Shown piece by piece: positions 27,397 to 37,600 of a DNA stretch of 64,000 nucleotides. A program made the position numbers and the translations under genes. Every line of letters begins with the position of its first letter. The stretch's first letter is position 1. Source of the stretch: a virus (Duplodnaviria; Caudoviricetes); IMG/VR virus record IMGVR_UViG_3300032323_001487, positions 13,231 to 77,230 of that record; one strand, given 5' to 3'. The notes under the pieces were generated by a model that was given only the letters and a program-made list of their open reading frames with translations, made no database searches and was not told the DNA's origin.

Positions 27397-27747
27397 TTAC
27401 TTCAGAACCGAGAGCAGTTTCTCTTCCTGCTCTTTAGTCAGACCTAGAGTCTCGCCTTCGTCGTCTGCTCCACCAGTGATTACTATGTCGCCCATTATTA
27501 GGTCAGTCTTGCCGTAAGACAACTCCCAAAGGTATGTGGCAACAAAGTTGAATGGCAGACCATCGAGTTTGCCTTCTTCGTTACACCACATAGTTAGGTC
27601 ATCCACTGGCTTCTCCAGTGGGACAGCCTGAATGTAGCCACCAACCGATGACTTCAGGTATTGGTATTCTGCTTTGTCAGAACCTTCTGGTATCGTCTCG
27701 ATAATTATTTCGCTATTAGTTGTAATGCGGATAGCCGTCTTTGACAT
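27397..27747 (-). CDS. DUF3846-like protein
   Basis: VGGYIQAV...MWCNEEGKL.GLP.N..AT...D.I.GD.VITG. Confidence 0.8.
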   Translation of the reverse strand: MSKTAIRITTNSEIIIETIPEGSDKAEYQYLKSSVGGYIQAVPLEKPVDDLTMWCNEEGKLDGLPFNFVATYLWELSYGKTDLIMGDIVITGGADDEGETLGLTKEQEEKLLSVLK

Positions 27748-27841
27748 CTTGTCTCCTTGTTCAATAAGCGATGATGCTTATGGAATAAGTAAACCACAAT
27801 CTATGGCTCTTGTCAAGCGTGTCCTATGTAATAATAGACCT

Positions 27842-29239
27842 ATGGCTAAATCTATTATGGAACAAATTGCGATGCTCCCCGATGATGAGCGAGCAGTCGT
27901 TCTTGCTGGAATGGATGCGGACACACTTATGTGGGACTGGTCAGTTTGGGGAAGACCAGAGCAACAGGCTCCACAGGGAGACTGGAACATCTGGATGTAT
28001 ATGGCTGGTCGTGGTGCTGGTAAGACTAGGACTGCTGCTGAGTGGGTTCGCGAAGAAGCCAAATACACCAATACGGGTCAGAGAAGATTCGGACTCGTTG
28101 CTAGAACTGCTGCCGATGTTCGTGACGTTATCGTCGAAGGTGAGTCAGGGATTATGAATGTGTCTGCTCCAAGTGAGAAGCCTTTGTATGAACCATCTAA
28201 GCGTCGTCTTACTTGGCCTAATGGCAACACTGCCACTCTCTTCACAGCCGATGAACCAGACTCACTTCGTGGACCCCAGTTCACTCACGCTTGGGGAGAT
28301 GAGATTGCGTCTTGGAGACAGACCCCAGATGGCGCTGGTATGACAGCCTTCGACAACCTTCGTGTTGGAACTCGTCTAGGCTCACACCCAAAGATTATGA
28401 TTACCACTACGCCTAAGCGAGTGCCGATTCTTTATCAGTTGCTGGCTGAGAATACCAAAGACCCTAGCCGTGTAGTTATAACTCGTGGTTCAACACTCGA
28501 CAACTCAGGTAACTTGTCTAACGCATACCTTGACGCAATCACTGGAGTGTATGCGGGCACCCGTCTTGCTCAACAGGAACTCTATGGTGAGATGTTGGAC
28601 AATGTTGAAGGCGCACTATGGAACGATGAGTTACTGAGTAGGTATCGCGAAAACGTAATGCCACTTAGTGCTCCACTTCGCATCATAGGTGTAGACCCTT
28701 CAGTAGCAGAGAACCCGCGAGATGAGTGTGGAATTGTTGTGTGTGCTGCCACTGCCGAGCGTGACTTGTATAAGCGCAATGCTTGGGTGTTAGAAGACGC
28801 AACCATTCACGGCTCACCTGAAGTGTGGGCGAACAAAGTAGTTCAGATGGCACGCAAGTGGGGTTGCCCAGTCGTAGCCGAAATCAACCAAGGTGGTGCC
28901 TTAGTTCGCAATGCCATCAATGCGATTGACCCGAACATCAAGGTGCTAGAAGTTCACTCTAAATATGGCAAGGCTCTACGTGCCGAGCCAGTAGTTCTTG
29001 GATATGAGCAAGGTCGCGTTCATCACTTGGGATACCACGCAGACCTAGAGAGTCAGATGCTTGCTTGGATTCCAGGAGAAGGCAAATCACCAGACCGTGT
29101 AGACGCGTTAGTTCACGCGCTAACAGCACTGATGATTAAGCCACCTGCTGGATTCGTTGGGGGAAAACTTACTGCTAGGTCATTCGCATCTCGTAGAATT
29201 CCAGAAGCGAAGAGCACCTTCTTCAGACTTAGTAAGTAA
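27842..29239 (+). CDS. terL: Terminase large subunit
   Basis: AGRGAGKT Walker A, LRGPQF..AWGDE, TTTP, GVDP nuclease motif, SPDRVDA. Confidence 0.92.
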   Translation: MAKSIMEQIAMLPDDERAVVLAGMDADTLMWDWSVWGRPEQQAPQGDWNIWMYMAGRGAGKTRTAAEWVREEAKYTNTGQRRFGLVARTAADVRDVIVEGESGIMNVSAPSEKPLYEPSKRRLTWPNGNTATLFTADEPDSLRGPQFTHAWGDEIASWRQTPDGAGMTAFDNLRVGTRLGSHPKIMITTTPKRVPILYQLLAENTKDPSRVVITRGSTLDNSGNLSNAYLDAITGVYAGTRLAQQELYGEMLDNVEGALWNDELLSRYRENVMPLSAPLRIIGVDPSVAENPRDECGIVVCAATAERDLYKRNAWVLEDATIHGSPEVWANKVVQMARKWGCPVVAEINQGGALVRNAINAIDPNIKVLEVHSKYGKALRAEPVVLGYEQGRVHHLGYHADLESQMLAWIPGEGKSPDRVDALVHALTALMIKPPAGFVGGKLTARSFASRRIPEAKSTFFRLSK

Positions 29240-29800
29240 TTACTTACGCCAGTCCTGCGGGTCAATAGACAGCAACCACTCGTTGAAGTGTTCGTTAGTT
29301 AGGGCTGCGCTTCCGCGATTGTCCTTCACCAACTGGATTGCTTCTTCTGCCGAGTAGCCTTCGCGAATTAGAACCAATGCGGTTACTATGCCTGAGCGGT
29401 TCAATCCTGCCTGACATCTAATTAGAACTCGCTTACCACGCTTCCAATTGGAGTGCGCTACTAGAACTAGGTCCCTTAGGTCTTCGATATCGAAGTCAGT
29501 CATATCGCCGTCATAGATGCCGAACCTAATCTCTTTCACCCACCAGTCCACAGGTTGTGCCGATGAATACATCGTCACCACTACGTCAAAGTCTTCAGGG
29601 CTAATGAAAGCCCCAGAGCCGAACCTTTGTGTGCGGACAGTGTCAGTTGAGTCAGTTCCACCTTGCCACAGACCTGGAGCAATCTCATCCCAGAGTCTCA
29701 TAGGCATACGGTGACCCTTGTAGGTCTCGTTAGTCAATGCCGATAGGCTTGTGTTAGTTAGGTTAGTTGTCAATTCAGACTTCCTTTCGTAATTTGTCAT
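29240..29800 (-). CDS. Dual-specificity/tyrosine protein phosphatase
   Basis: EI.PGLW.G; VLIRCQAGLNRS (CX5R); own minus-strand TTGACA promoter near 29835. Confidence 0.85.
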   Translation of the reverse strand: MTNYERKSELTTNLTNTSLSALTNETYKGHRMPMRLWDEIAPGLWQGGTDSTDTVRTQRFGSGAFISPEDFDVVVTMYSSAQPVDWWVKEIRFGIYDGDMTDFDIEDLRDLVLVAHSNWKRGKRVLIRCQAGLNRSGIVTALVLIREGYSAEEAIQLVKDNRGSAALTNEHFNEWLLSIDPQDWRK

Positions 29801-30184
29801 AACCCAATGTTATCGAGTCATATCTCGTCTGTCAAGTCAATGCCGATACTTATTTTGACATCGGCACGTCTTATGCCGATAGCCCCTTCTTATGCCGTTG
29901 ATGATTTTCAATACTTGCCCCCTAACCAATTCGCAAGCAGAGTTGATGGCTGACGCGATGACCCTGCTATTTCATAAGCAATCAACAGCCAGTTGGAAGC
30001 CCTTGCTTCTCCCCCAAAACTTGTAGACAACCTAGGAACCAGTTATCTACTAGCAATCACATAGCAATAAGACCAGTCATCTCCTAGATTTACCCCAGAA
30101 CCAGAGAACCAGAAGCCAAAAAGAAAGGTCGAGCGCGAACGACAGGTATTACTGGAAAACCATAGACCCCTTTTTATCTCCCCT

Positions 30185-30247
30185 GAGGCAGCCAGGGAGG
30201 CAGCCAGGGAGGCAGCCAGGAGGCTATTTTTAGGCTATTTTTAGGCT
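30185..30247. repeat. Short tandem repeats in an 800-bp non-coding gap
   Basis: GAGGCAGCCAGG x3, then AGGCTATTTTT x2 plus a partial copy. Confidence 0.8.
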
Positions 30248-30613
30248 TGTTTTGGGCCTCTTCTAGACTTCTTAGGCTAGTCAAGGGCTACTTGACTTGT
30301 TTTTTGACTACTTTTATGATAGATTAGACATCTCAACAGGCCCATTCGAAGCCCAAACCAGCCAAAACCCAAAGAAATAGGCCAAAAAGGTCATTTTTGG
30401 AGTCAAAATCGGCACTCAAAACGGCATTTTGACGGCATTTTTAAGGCATTAGGAAACAATTTCGGTTTGGCTTAAACCCCACGATACCCAACTCGCACGC
30501 CAAAGCCAAAATACGATAATGTATCATTTTTCTAATCAGTCCCATTATGAAAAACGCCCCTCCCGGATTTTTAGAAAAATTCGTCCCAATACAGATGCTA
30601 AAATAGATACATT

Positions 30614-31123
30614 ATGGACCGCCAATACGCACGTGAGCAAAAACTACCTCCCGAAGAGGCAAAAACCCTTGAAGAGATGACTAAGAAGCAACGCGCAGAG
30701 CGTGCCAAGCAGTTGTTCGAGCGTGGATGGACCCTCCAAGCGATTGGGGATGCCTTCACTCCACCAATTCGACGTTCGACCATCCAGTATTGGGTCAAAA
30801 ATGCGAAATCGTCGACGCCCCTATTGCCAGTGCCATCACCTTGGGGAGATTCGCCAGATTCTGAGGCTAGACCTCGTGGTTATTTACGTAAAACCGCTAT
30901 TTCGCCGGGCATCTCGCCTGAAAACCAAGAACGTCTAGCATATTTGGCTCCGCTCGCACGTTTGTATCGAAGTGGGATGTCGTCGACGTCCCTATCGGCT
31001 CAAGCAAACGAGGAATTCAACCAATTGATACAGGACCTATACAATGAGGATGTAAAGATTGCTGAAATTGCCAAAGCATCGAACGTTACGAACCGAGCGA
31101 TTGCTCGCAGATTGGGAAAATAG
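30614..31123 (+). CDS. Double-HTH DNA-binding protein, paralog of 26789..27334
   Basis: GWTLQAIG, L..LAPLA...RS, EEF..LI, C-terminal HTH. Confidence 0.7.
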   Translation: MDRQYAREQKLPPEEAKTLEEMTKKQRAERAKQLFERGWTLQAIGDAFTPPIRRSTIQYWVKNAKSSTPLLPVPSPWGDSPDSEARPRGYLRKTAISPGISPENQERLAYLAPLARLYRSGMSSTSLSAQANEEFNQLIQDLYNEDVKIAEIAKASNVTNRAIARRLGK

Positions 31124-31126
31124 CAA

Positions 31127-31489
31127 ATGAAGATAGAACACGACATATTTCCTGCCCACGCCTCGGTTGCTTCAGCCTCTTACGTCGGTGAACTCAAAGC
31201 GCATCCGCCAGTTGATGGAACTGCCTACATTCAGACGTCCAGAGTTATAGTTTTCGCGACAGAGGGCGCTCAGGTTCTGATGATTGCCCAAGACACGCCC
31301 GATGGTGCTCAGGTTGTCTTCCAAGAACGTATTGCCGAGTTTGATATCGACGACGTCCAGTATTTTGGAACTACCGCTTCTGGCAAACGCTTTGCTTTCA
31401 AGAAAGACACGAATTGTGGTTGTGGCTCACGTCTACGCTCTTGGAATCCTTACAAAACTCTTTCATCTATAAAGGACCCGTCTTTCTAA
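31127..31489 (+). CDS. Hypothetical protein
   Basis: NCGCGSRLRSWNP C-terminus; operon context. Confidence 0.65.
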   Translation: MKIEHDIFPAHASVASASYVGELKAHPPVDGTAYIQTSRVIVFATEGAQVLMIAQDTPDGAQVVFQERIAEFDIDDVQYFGTTASGKRFAFKKDTNCGCGSRLRSWNPYKTLSSIKDPSF

Positions 31490-31779
31490 TGCCTATTGAC
31501 TTATTTACGTTTACGATTCTTGCTTTAGCGACGTTTAGAATCTCTCGCCTATTCACTACCGACGTCATTTTTGAGGGATTGCGTGAGTGGGTGTGGAAGA
31601 AGTATCCGCCAAGCACAAAACTTGGCTACCTGTTTACTTGTAACTGGTGTATGAGCATTTGGGTGGCATCACTGCTTACTATTTGCTATACAATAATAAC
31701 TACAGCAACTGTGGTCGTTGCCATACCTTTCGCATTATCCGCGGTTGCTGGCCTCATAGCCGCACGTTTAGACCACTAA
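31489..31779 (+). CDS. DUF1360-like membrane protein
   Basis: LALATFRISRL.T.D.IFE.LR...GYL.TC.WC.S.W; precedes the portal. Confidence 0.75.
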   Translation: MPIDLFTFTILALATFRISRLFTTDVIFEGLREWVWKKYPPSTKLGYLFTCNWCMSIWVASLLTICYTIITTATVVVAIPFALSAVAGLIAARLDH

Positions 31780-31807
31780 CGTTCCGTTAGACGACAGGAG
31801 ACCCACG

Positions 31808-33571
31808 TTGGGCATCTTTAGGCGAGAAGACCAATCTTCTTCAAATCCGAAGCCTTCTCAAGGTATTCGCGCATCTGCCCCGAAGTCTTCGAGCGCACCT
31901 GCTTCTTCTACTCCAGTTTTTCTTCCTGCTAACGTCAACGCTGCGTCGCCTGTTGCGTATAACGCTCCACGACCCATCACTGCTGCTGCTACTCAGGTAA
32001 AGATGGGCGACCGCGCTGAAGCGGATATGTTCAAGCAACGTCGCAACGCTGGCTCTTCTATGTGGCAGAGCGAAGCGTGGGAGTATTACGACGCAATCGG
32101 TGAAATCAAATACGCTTTCAACCTTGTTGCGTCTGTTGTTTCTCGTATTCGTCTTTATCCAGCGGTTGTCTCTGACCCTTCCGAGGCTCCTAGCCCTATT
32201 CGCAACGTCGAAGAGTATGACCAGCGTTTAGTTGCCGCAGCCGAGCGTGCGATTGCTCGTTTGGACAGCGCGTATGGCGGTCAGGCAGGTCTGCTCAAGG
32301 ACGCTGCTCTAAATCTTCAGGTTACTGGCGAGTGCTATTTGACTCAGGTCCCAGAGCGCGTTGGTTCTGGACTTCCAGAATCTTGGGACATCCGCTCGGT
32401 TGATGAAATCAATACTGACGCTAAGGGTAACTACATCATCACTCCACGTCGCGAGTTGAAGATTGGTTCTGCTACTTCGGCTAAGCCCGGAGTTATCGGT
32501 TTGCCTAAGGGCGCTTTCATTGGTCGTATTTGGCGTGCCCACCCACGTTTCTCTGAAGAGGCGGATTCGTCACTACGTGGTGTTCTAGACCTCTGCTCCG
32601 AGTTGCTACTTCTAAACCGCACCTTCCGTGCTACAGCCCGTTCACGCCTCAACGCTGGTGCTCTTTACTTGCCAGATGGTTTGTCTGTTGCTGCGACGCC
32701 TGACCCAGACTATCCGTATGATGACGCCGATGGCATCTATTCGGAACCTACTCCAGAGGAAGTAGAAGACGAGTTTGAGGACCAACTAATCGACGCGATG
32801 ACTACTCCTATCAAGGATGAGGATTCTGCGAGCGCCGTTGTTCCACTTATCATTCGCGGTCCTGCCGAACTTGGTGACAAGATTAAGCAGTTCAAGTTTG
32901 AGCGTTCATTCGACCCTGCCCTTGCCGCGCGTTCTGACCGCGTGCTTGAGCGCATTATGCAGGGCATCGACGTCCCTAAGGACATCGTTACTGGTTTGGC
33001 TAACGTCAAGTATTCGAACGCACTTCAAATTGACGAGTCGCTTTACAAGGCTCACATTGAGCCGATGATGCTTTTGATTGCTGACGCTCTTACCGTTGTT
33101 TACTTGCGTCCTTACCTTTTGGCTAATGGCTTCACCGAGGCAGACGTCGACCGCATTGTTGTTTGGTATGACCCATCTCTAGTTGCTACTCGTAACGACC
33201 GCGCAGCAGATGCTGACTCTGGTTTCGAGAAGATGGCTATTTCGTTTGAGACTTGGAGACGTGCTCACGGTTTTGCCGAGGCAGAGGCTCCTAGCCCGAC
33301 CGAGGTTGCTCTACGTCTGCTCGTAGAAAAGGGAATGATTACCCCAGAACTAACTGAGGCAATGCTTGGCGTTGTTGCCCCAGATGTTATGGAGAAGATT
33401 CGTGGCGCTGCTCAGGCTGCGAATCCCGCTCCGCTTCCTGAAGGTCTAGACCAGATGCTTCAGGGTGCTCCAGTAGGTGGCGAGGCTCCAGCCCCAGCAC
33501 CAGAAGCGCCAGTTGAAGAGGCTCCTCCAGTATTGGCAGAGCCAACCCCGCCAACCGAGACTGAAATCTAA
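31808..33571 (+). CDS. Portal protein
   Basis: Lies between TerL and the protease; WQ.EAW.YYD.IGE, W.AHP.....ADS, RSRL..G, A.VP.I patterns of actinophage portals. Confidence 0.8.
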   Translation: MGIFRREDQSSSNPKPSQGIRASAPKSSSAPASSTPVFLPANVNAASPVAYNAPRPITAAATQVKMGDRAEADMFKQRRNAGSSMWQSEAWEYYDAIGEIKYAFNLVASVVSRIRLYPAVVSDPSEAPSPIRNVEEYDQRLVAAAERAIARLDSAYGGQAGLLKDAALNLQVTGECYLTQVPERVGSGLPESWDIRSVDEINTDAKGNYIITPRRELKIGSATSAKPGVIGLPKGAFIGRIWRAHPRFSEEADSSLRGVLDLCSELLLLNRTFRATARSRLNAGALYLPDGLSVAATPDPDYPYDDADGIYSEPTPEEVEDEFEDQLIDAMTTPIKDEDSASAVVPLIIRGPAELGDKIKQFKFERSFDPALAARSDRVLERIMQGIDVPKDIVTGLANVKYSNALQIDESLYKAHIEPMMLLIADALTVVYLRPYLLANGFTEADVDRIVVWYDPSLVATRNDRAADADSGFEKMAISFETWRRAHGFAEAEAPSPTEVALRLLVEKGMITPELTEAMLGVVAPDVMEKIRGAAQAANPAPLPEGLDQMLQGAPVGGEAPAPAPEAPVEEAPPVLAEPTPPTETEI

Positions 33572-33579
33572 GGAAGAAA

Positions 33580-34077
33580 ATGTACAATCACTCACACGGC
33601 ACCTCTGGAAAGCAGGAACTGGCAATGAAGTTGTCAGTTATTTTGGCTGACGTTGTTGCTTATCGCGCACTGGCTCACGGATTCCATTGGAACGTCAAGG
33701 GACCAGAGTTTATTCAGTTCCACGAGTTCTTCGCGACTCTTTATGAAGACGCTGACTCGAGCATTGACCCGCTAGCGGAGAACGTCCGCAAGTTGGGCTA
33801 TGACGCTCCAGTTACTCTCGAAGACTTTGTAAGCCTGTCTTGCGTTCAGGGCAGGACTTCTACTGGTAGCCCTATCGAGATGTCTACCATTCTTTACGAA
33901 GTCAACCAGCACATTCGTGGTTGCTTGGTAGACGGCTTCCGCTTGGCAGATGAGTGTGACCAGCAGGGTATCGCTGATTTCCTAGCAGGTCGTATCGACA
34001 TGCACGACAAGTGGATTTGGCAGTTGGGCACCACCGTTGGCGCAGACGCTACCACTATTCAAACTTTGATTCAGTAG
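33580..34077 (+). CDS. dps: Dps/ferritin-like protein
   Basis: H.FHWNVKGPEF.Q.HE.F...YE....ID..AE..R.LG; H.KW.W.L. Confidence 0.88.
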   Translation: MYNHSHGTSGKQELAMKLSVILADVVAYRALAHGFHWNVKGPEFIQFHEFFATLYEDADSSIDPLAENVRKLGYDAPVTLEDFVSLSCVQGRTSTGSPIEMSTILYEVNQHIRGCLVDGFRLADECDQQGIADFLAGRIDMHDKWIWQLGTTVGADATTIQTLIQ

Positions 34078-34084
34078 GAGCATC

Positions 34085-34669
34085 ATGGAACACCAAGAGC
34101 CTAGGGAGTTCATTAACGAGATGATTGAGTCTGGTAATGAACCAGCCATTCCATCTATTTATACTGACAAGCCTACTTTCTCTATTGGTGACGAGATTCA
34201 GTCGCTAGTTGCTTCTGTCAACAGAACTATTCCTATTCGACGTCAGGTCCCTATCTACGATGCTCTAGCCGTTGCTGGACGCTCGCTGGCTAGGACCGTT
34301 AGGGAATTCACTAACCCCAGCAAGCGTGCTTTCGCTGCTCTGCGCGAGGTATCGGACTTTGTGAACACCGCTGTTAGTGGCAAACCTACTCGCATCGGCA
34401 TCGAGCACTATGACTTGTTGCCTATCGGTCACCCACTCTCTACTAAAGAGGTAGAGATTTCTGCTCAGGATAGGCGAGAGTTTGAGGCAGATTGGTTTGC
34501 TGCTGACCCTAGAATTTCTGAAGAATACAGACCTGTTGTTGCTTCGGCTTATTTATCCGCACCAGATAGCGTAGAAAGAAAATACGCATTGGCTCACTTA
34601 GAGGCTTTAGGCTATGAAGACATTCCTATGGAAGTAGTTGTGGCATTACTCGACGACAATGAAATCTAA
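34085..34669 (+). CDS. Hypothetical head-module protein
   Basis: SD AGGAG; DLLP.GHPLS motif; in frame with the next giant ORF. Confidence 0.7.
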   Translation: MEHQEPREFINEMIESGNEPAIPSIYTDKPTFSIGDEIQSLVASVNRTIPIRRQVPIYDALAVAGRSLARTVREFTNPSKRAFAALREVSDFVNTAVSGKPTRIGIEHYDLLPIGHPLSTKEVEISAQDRREFEADWFAADPRISEEYRPVVASAYLSAPDSVERKYALAHLEALGYEDIPMEVVVALLDDNEI

Positions 34670-34672
34670 TAT

Positions 34673-37600
34673 ATGGCAACCAATCCGTACGCAGGAGAGA
34701 ACTCGTTTCTTGCTCGTTCTGCAAGAGCGAAACGTCAGCGACGCGACCGCAAGGGTCGCTTTGCTTGGATGGGTGGCGCTGCCCGCTTCTTTCTAGCGGT
34801 CGAGGGCATCGGCAAGGGTTTGTCTATCCCTAGTCGCTTTGCTGGCTACGACAAAAAATCTGACTCTTTTGATTTGGAACTTCAGGATGCTGGAGACATT
34901 GCCAAGTATGGAAAACTTGTTCGCGTGCCTGCTTCTAAAGTCGAGGGCATCAAGGCTTATATAAATCTTCCCAGCCTTGGCAAGCGAACCCCCACTAACG
35001 TTGAGAGCGACGTTCTTGTTAGCCCAGATGAAATAAAAAAGATTGATGCCCCTTCTGGTTGGAACCTTACTAAGACCGAAAATGGCGTCGAGTTTTATGA
35101 GTCTGAAGATGGTTGGATAGCAGAAAAGTATTCGAATTTAGATGCATACAAAAAGTCTGGAAAGTCCCCCAACAAGTTCAAGGGTTCTGGAGTAAACGGC
35201 GTTCAGCAGTCTAGCCAGCCTGTTTATCACGTGTATCGCAATCCTAAAGCAGATGCTTTGATGTATGACGATTCTGTAAGGTTCGGGGACGTTTCTGTCG
35301 CTGCCCAGACTTGGGGAGACACTCAGGCTATGGTCGAAAAGTTGGCTAGAAGAAAGTACGACTCTTTCAAGTCTAATTTGTCTTCTCTGCGTGCCTTGCC
35401 TTCGGCTTGGACTGACTATGACCCCTCTAGCCGTGGCTTGTTTAGTGACACTAAGTGGACGCTTTACAAGTATGAGTCTGGTAAGACCCCAACCCCCGCA
35501 AGAATTATGAAGATGTCTTCAATTCAGCGTAATAATTTATATAAGAAACTTAGCGAAAACCTTCGCAATCCTGAAGCGACCGCTAATTGGTATAAAGATG
35601 ACCGAACCCTGAGAACCTCTTTCCAAGTTCGTCAGATGCCTGCGAATAGCGCAGATGCTAGGACGGCTCTAAATAAGGCTCGCGTTGACGGCAAGAAAAT
35701 ACAGACTTTTGATGGCACCAGTAAGTTGGACCCGAAGGAAGACGTTCTAGAACTTAGTTACTACAAGACAGATGGCAGTGAACCGATTGCTTACTTCCAA
35801 GACTGGGAAGATTTAGAGGATTGGATTGAGGAAGAACGCTTTTCCGCTAAGGAAAAACTTAAAAAAGAGCGCGAAGCCGCTAAAAATTTAGAGCCTATGG
35901 CTCGAAGGGCTGTGGAACTCCCTGATAGAAGCGATAGCGACATAATTCAGGACTTGGAGCCTGTTTCTACGCCTGCTATCTCTAAATCTTCCTTCTTCAA
36001 GACTGAAAATTCAGACTTTGAGGGTGTTGCTAGTGAAAAAGCAAGCAGTCCTCGCTCTAGTAAATACATCGATGGTCCAGATGTTGTAAACGAGATAATG
36101 AATGAGGCTGCCAAGGTTGCTTTTGAGCAGGGCAGGTTCCCGATTCCTAGAAAAGGAGGTCTCTCCACCTCCGCAGACGGCAAGTTTTTGGCTCCCGACG
36201 TCAAGATTGCGCTACAACGCCAATACAAGCGTGTTTTTGACTCTTTGAAGGAGTCAAATCCAGACTTTATGGCGAACTATGACACTTTTGATAAGTTTTG
36301 GGCTGATGTAGATAAAAATAGCGTGAGCACTTCTACTCCTTTTGGTGATGGACCAGAAAGTGAGTTCCGTCAGACTGTAAATAAGGCATACGCTAAAGAA
36401 ATACTTGGGCTAGATGAAGACGGATTCATTGAAGTTTATCGAAACTCGATTCGTGGTGGTAGTAGAGAAGGTCAGTCTGAAGTAGACGCGGCCGCAGGAT
36501 ACTCGTCGCTCGACAAAAATATGGCTTGGGACTATCAAAGCCAAGCCACTGGAGATGGACCGTTCTCTGGACGATACTCAATCAAGGTAAAGCCTGAAGA
36601 GTATGGCGGAATGATTGGTCATAGCGGTGGTTTGGATGAATTTGGTGTAGTTCTGGGTAAGAACGTGACCAGCATTGATGGGCGTATAGAAAAGCACGGC
36701 AAATTAGAGACTTTACCGATTTTAGATGGTGTGACTTTCGGTGCTAGAGGCACTGGCGGTGGACCATACAGATTTTTCAATGAAGGTTTTAGGTTTATCA
36801 AGCCAGCGGGCGAGTTTGATTACACAAATTTTGATGACCTAATTGCTCGCGCTGGTGGGAAAGACAAAGTTAGAGCCAAGATTTCTGAATTCTGGCCTAA
36901 TACCACTTTCGACAGAGTAGAAAAAGATTCTTTTGGTTTGAATGGCAGTTCTTTTGAGAAATACATAACAAAACTTCCTAATGGCAAGGCTATTTTCAAT
37001 CCAGCGTCCCTGACTTTGACCGAGTCTGGTTTCGGCGCTGAAGGTATTGACCAGAAGGGTGACCGAATTGACAATCTTCTAAAGGGAGCATTGGCTTTCC
37101 AAGAACTAACTGGTCAAAAAATTATTGAGTGGCGTCGCGGTGGAAATCCAATTACCGATAAGAAGGCTTCTACAGCCCCAGAGACGACTGCAACCACCGA
37201 GAGGGCAGGAATTAGAGACCTATCTGGTTTCAAGCCCACAGGAGGTCCTCTAGGGTCTAATGAAGGTGGCACCTACGAAGATGCTAACGGCAACAAAATT
37301 TATGTCAAGAAGCCTAGAACAAAACTCCACGGAGAGAATGAAGTCCTCGCTTCGATGCTCTACGAACGTCTAGGTGTCAACACAGCGAAAATTCGTTTTG
37401 GACGTTTAAAAGATGGCACTGAAGTAACTTACTCAGACTGGATTGACTCTAAGAAAGATTTGCGACAAAGGCTGAGCGACCCAGAGTATGTCCAGAAGAT
37501 TCAAGAAGGTTTCGGTGTAGATGCTTGGCTTGCCAACTGGGACGTCGCTGGTGGCGCGTTAGACAACATCGTCACTGACAATAACGGTGACCCTGTTCGC

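Larger units (their letters stand above)
5832..30175. repeat. Dispersed 25-bp site AAGGGGT-N6-TTTT-CC(A/G)AGCG, about 15 copies in both orientations
   Basis: Plus strand, GGGGT at 5836, 6234, 6523, 12589, 17741, 17923, 18110, 18654, 20255, 24375, 26677; minus strand at 7011-7035, 15894-15918, 18360-18384, 22682-22706, 30149-30173. Always 10 bp between the G-run element and the CC element. Confidence 0.85.

Noticed and set aside
27674-27841. N-terminal extension of TerL in the ORF track
   Set aside because: Overlaps the opposite-strand DUF3846-like gene and its promoter; ATG 27842 after a TAATAAT element is more plausible
5832-30175. 25-bp sites as CRISPR repeats or classical integron attC sites
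   Set aside because: Spacing is hundreds to thousands of bp in both orientations, there is no RYYYAAC/GTTRRRY hairpin structure, and no integrase is in the window
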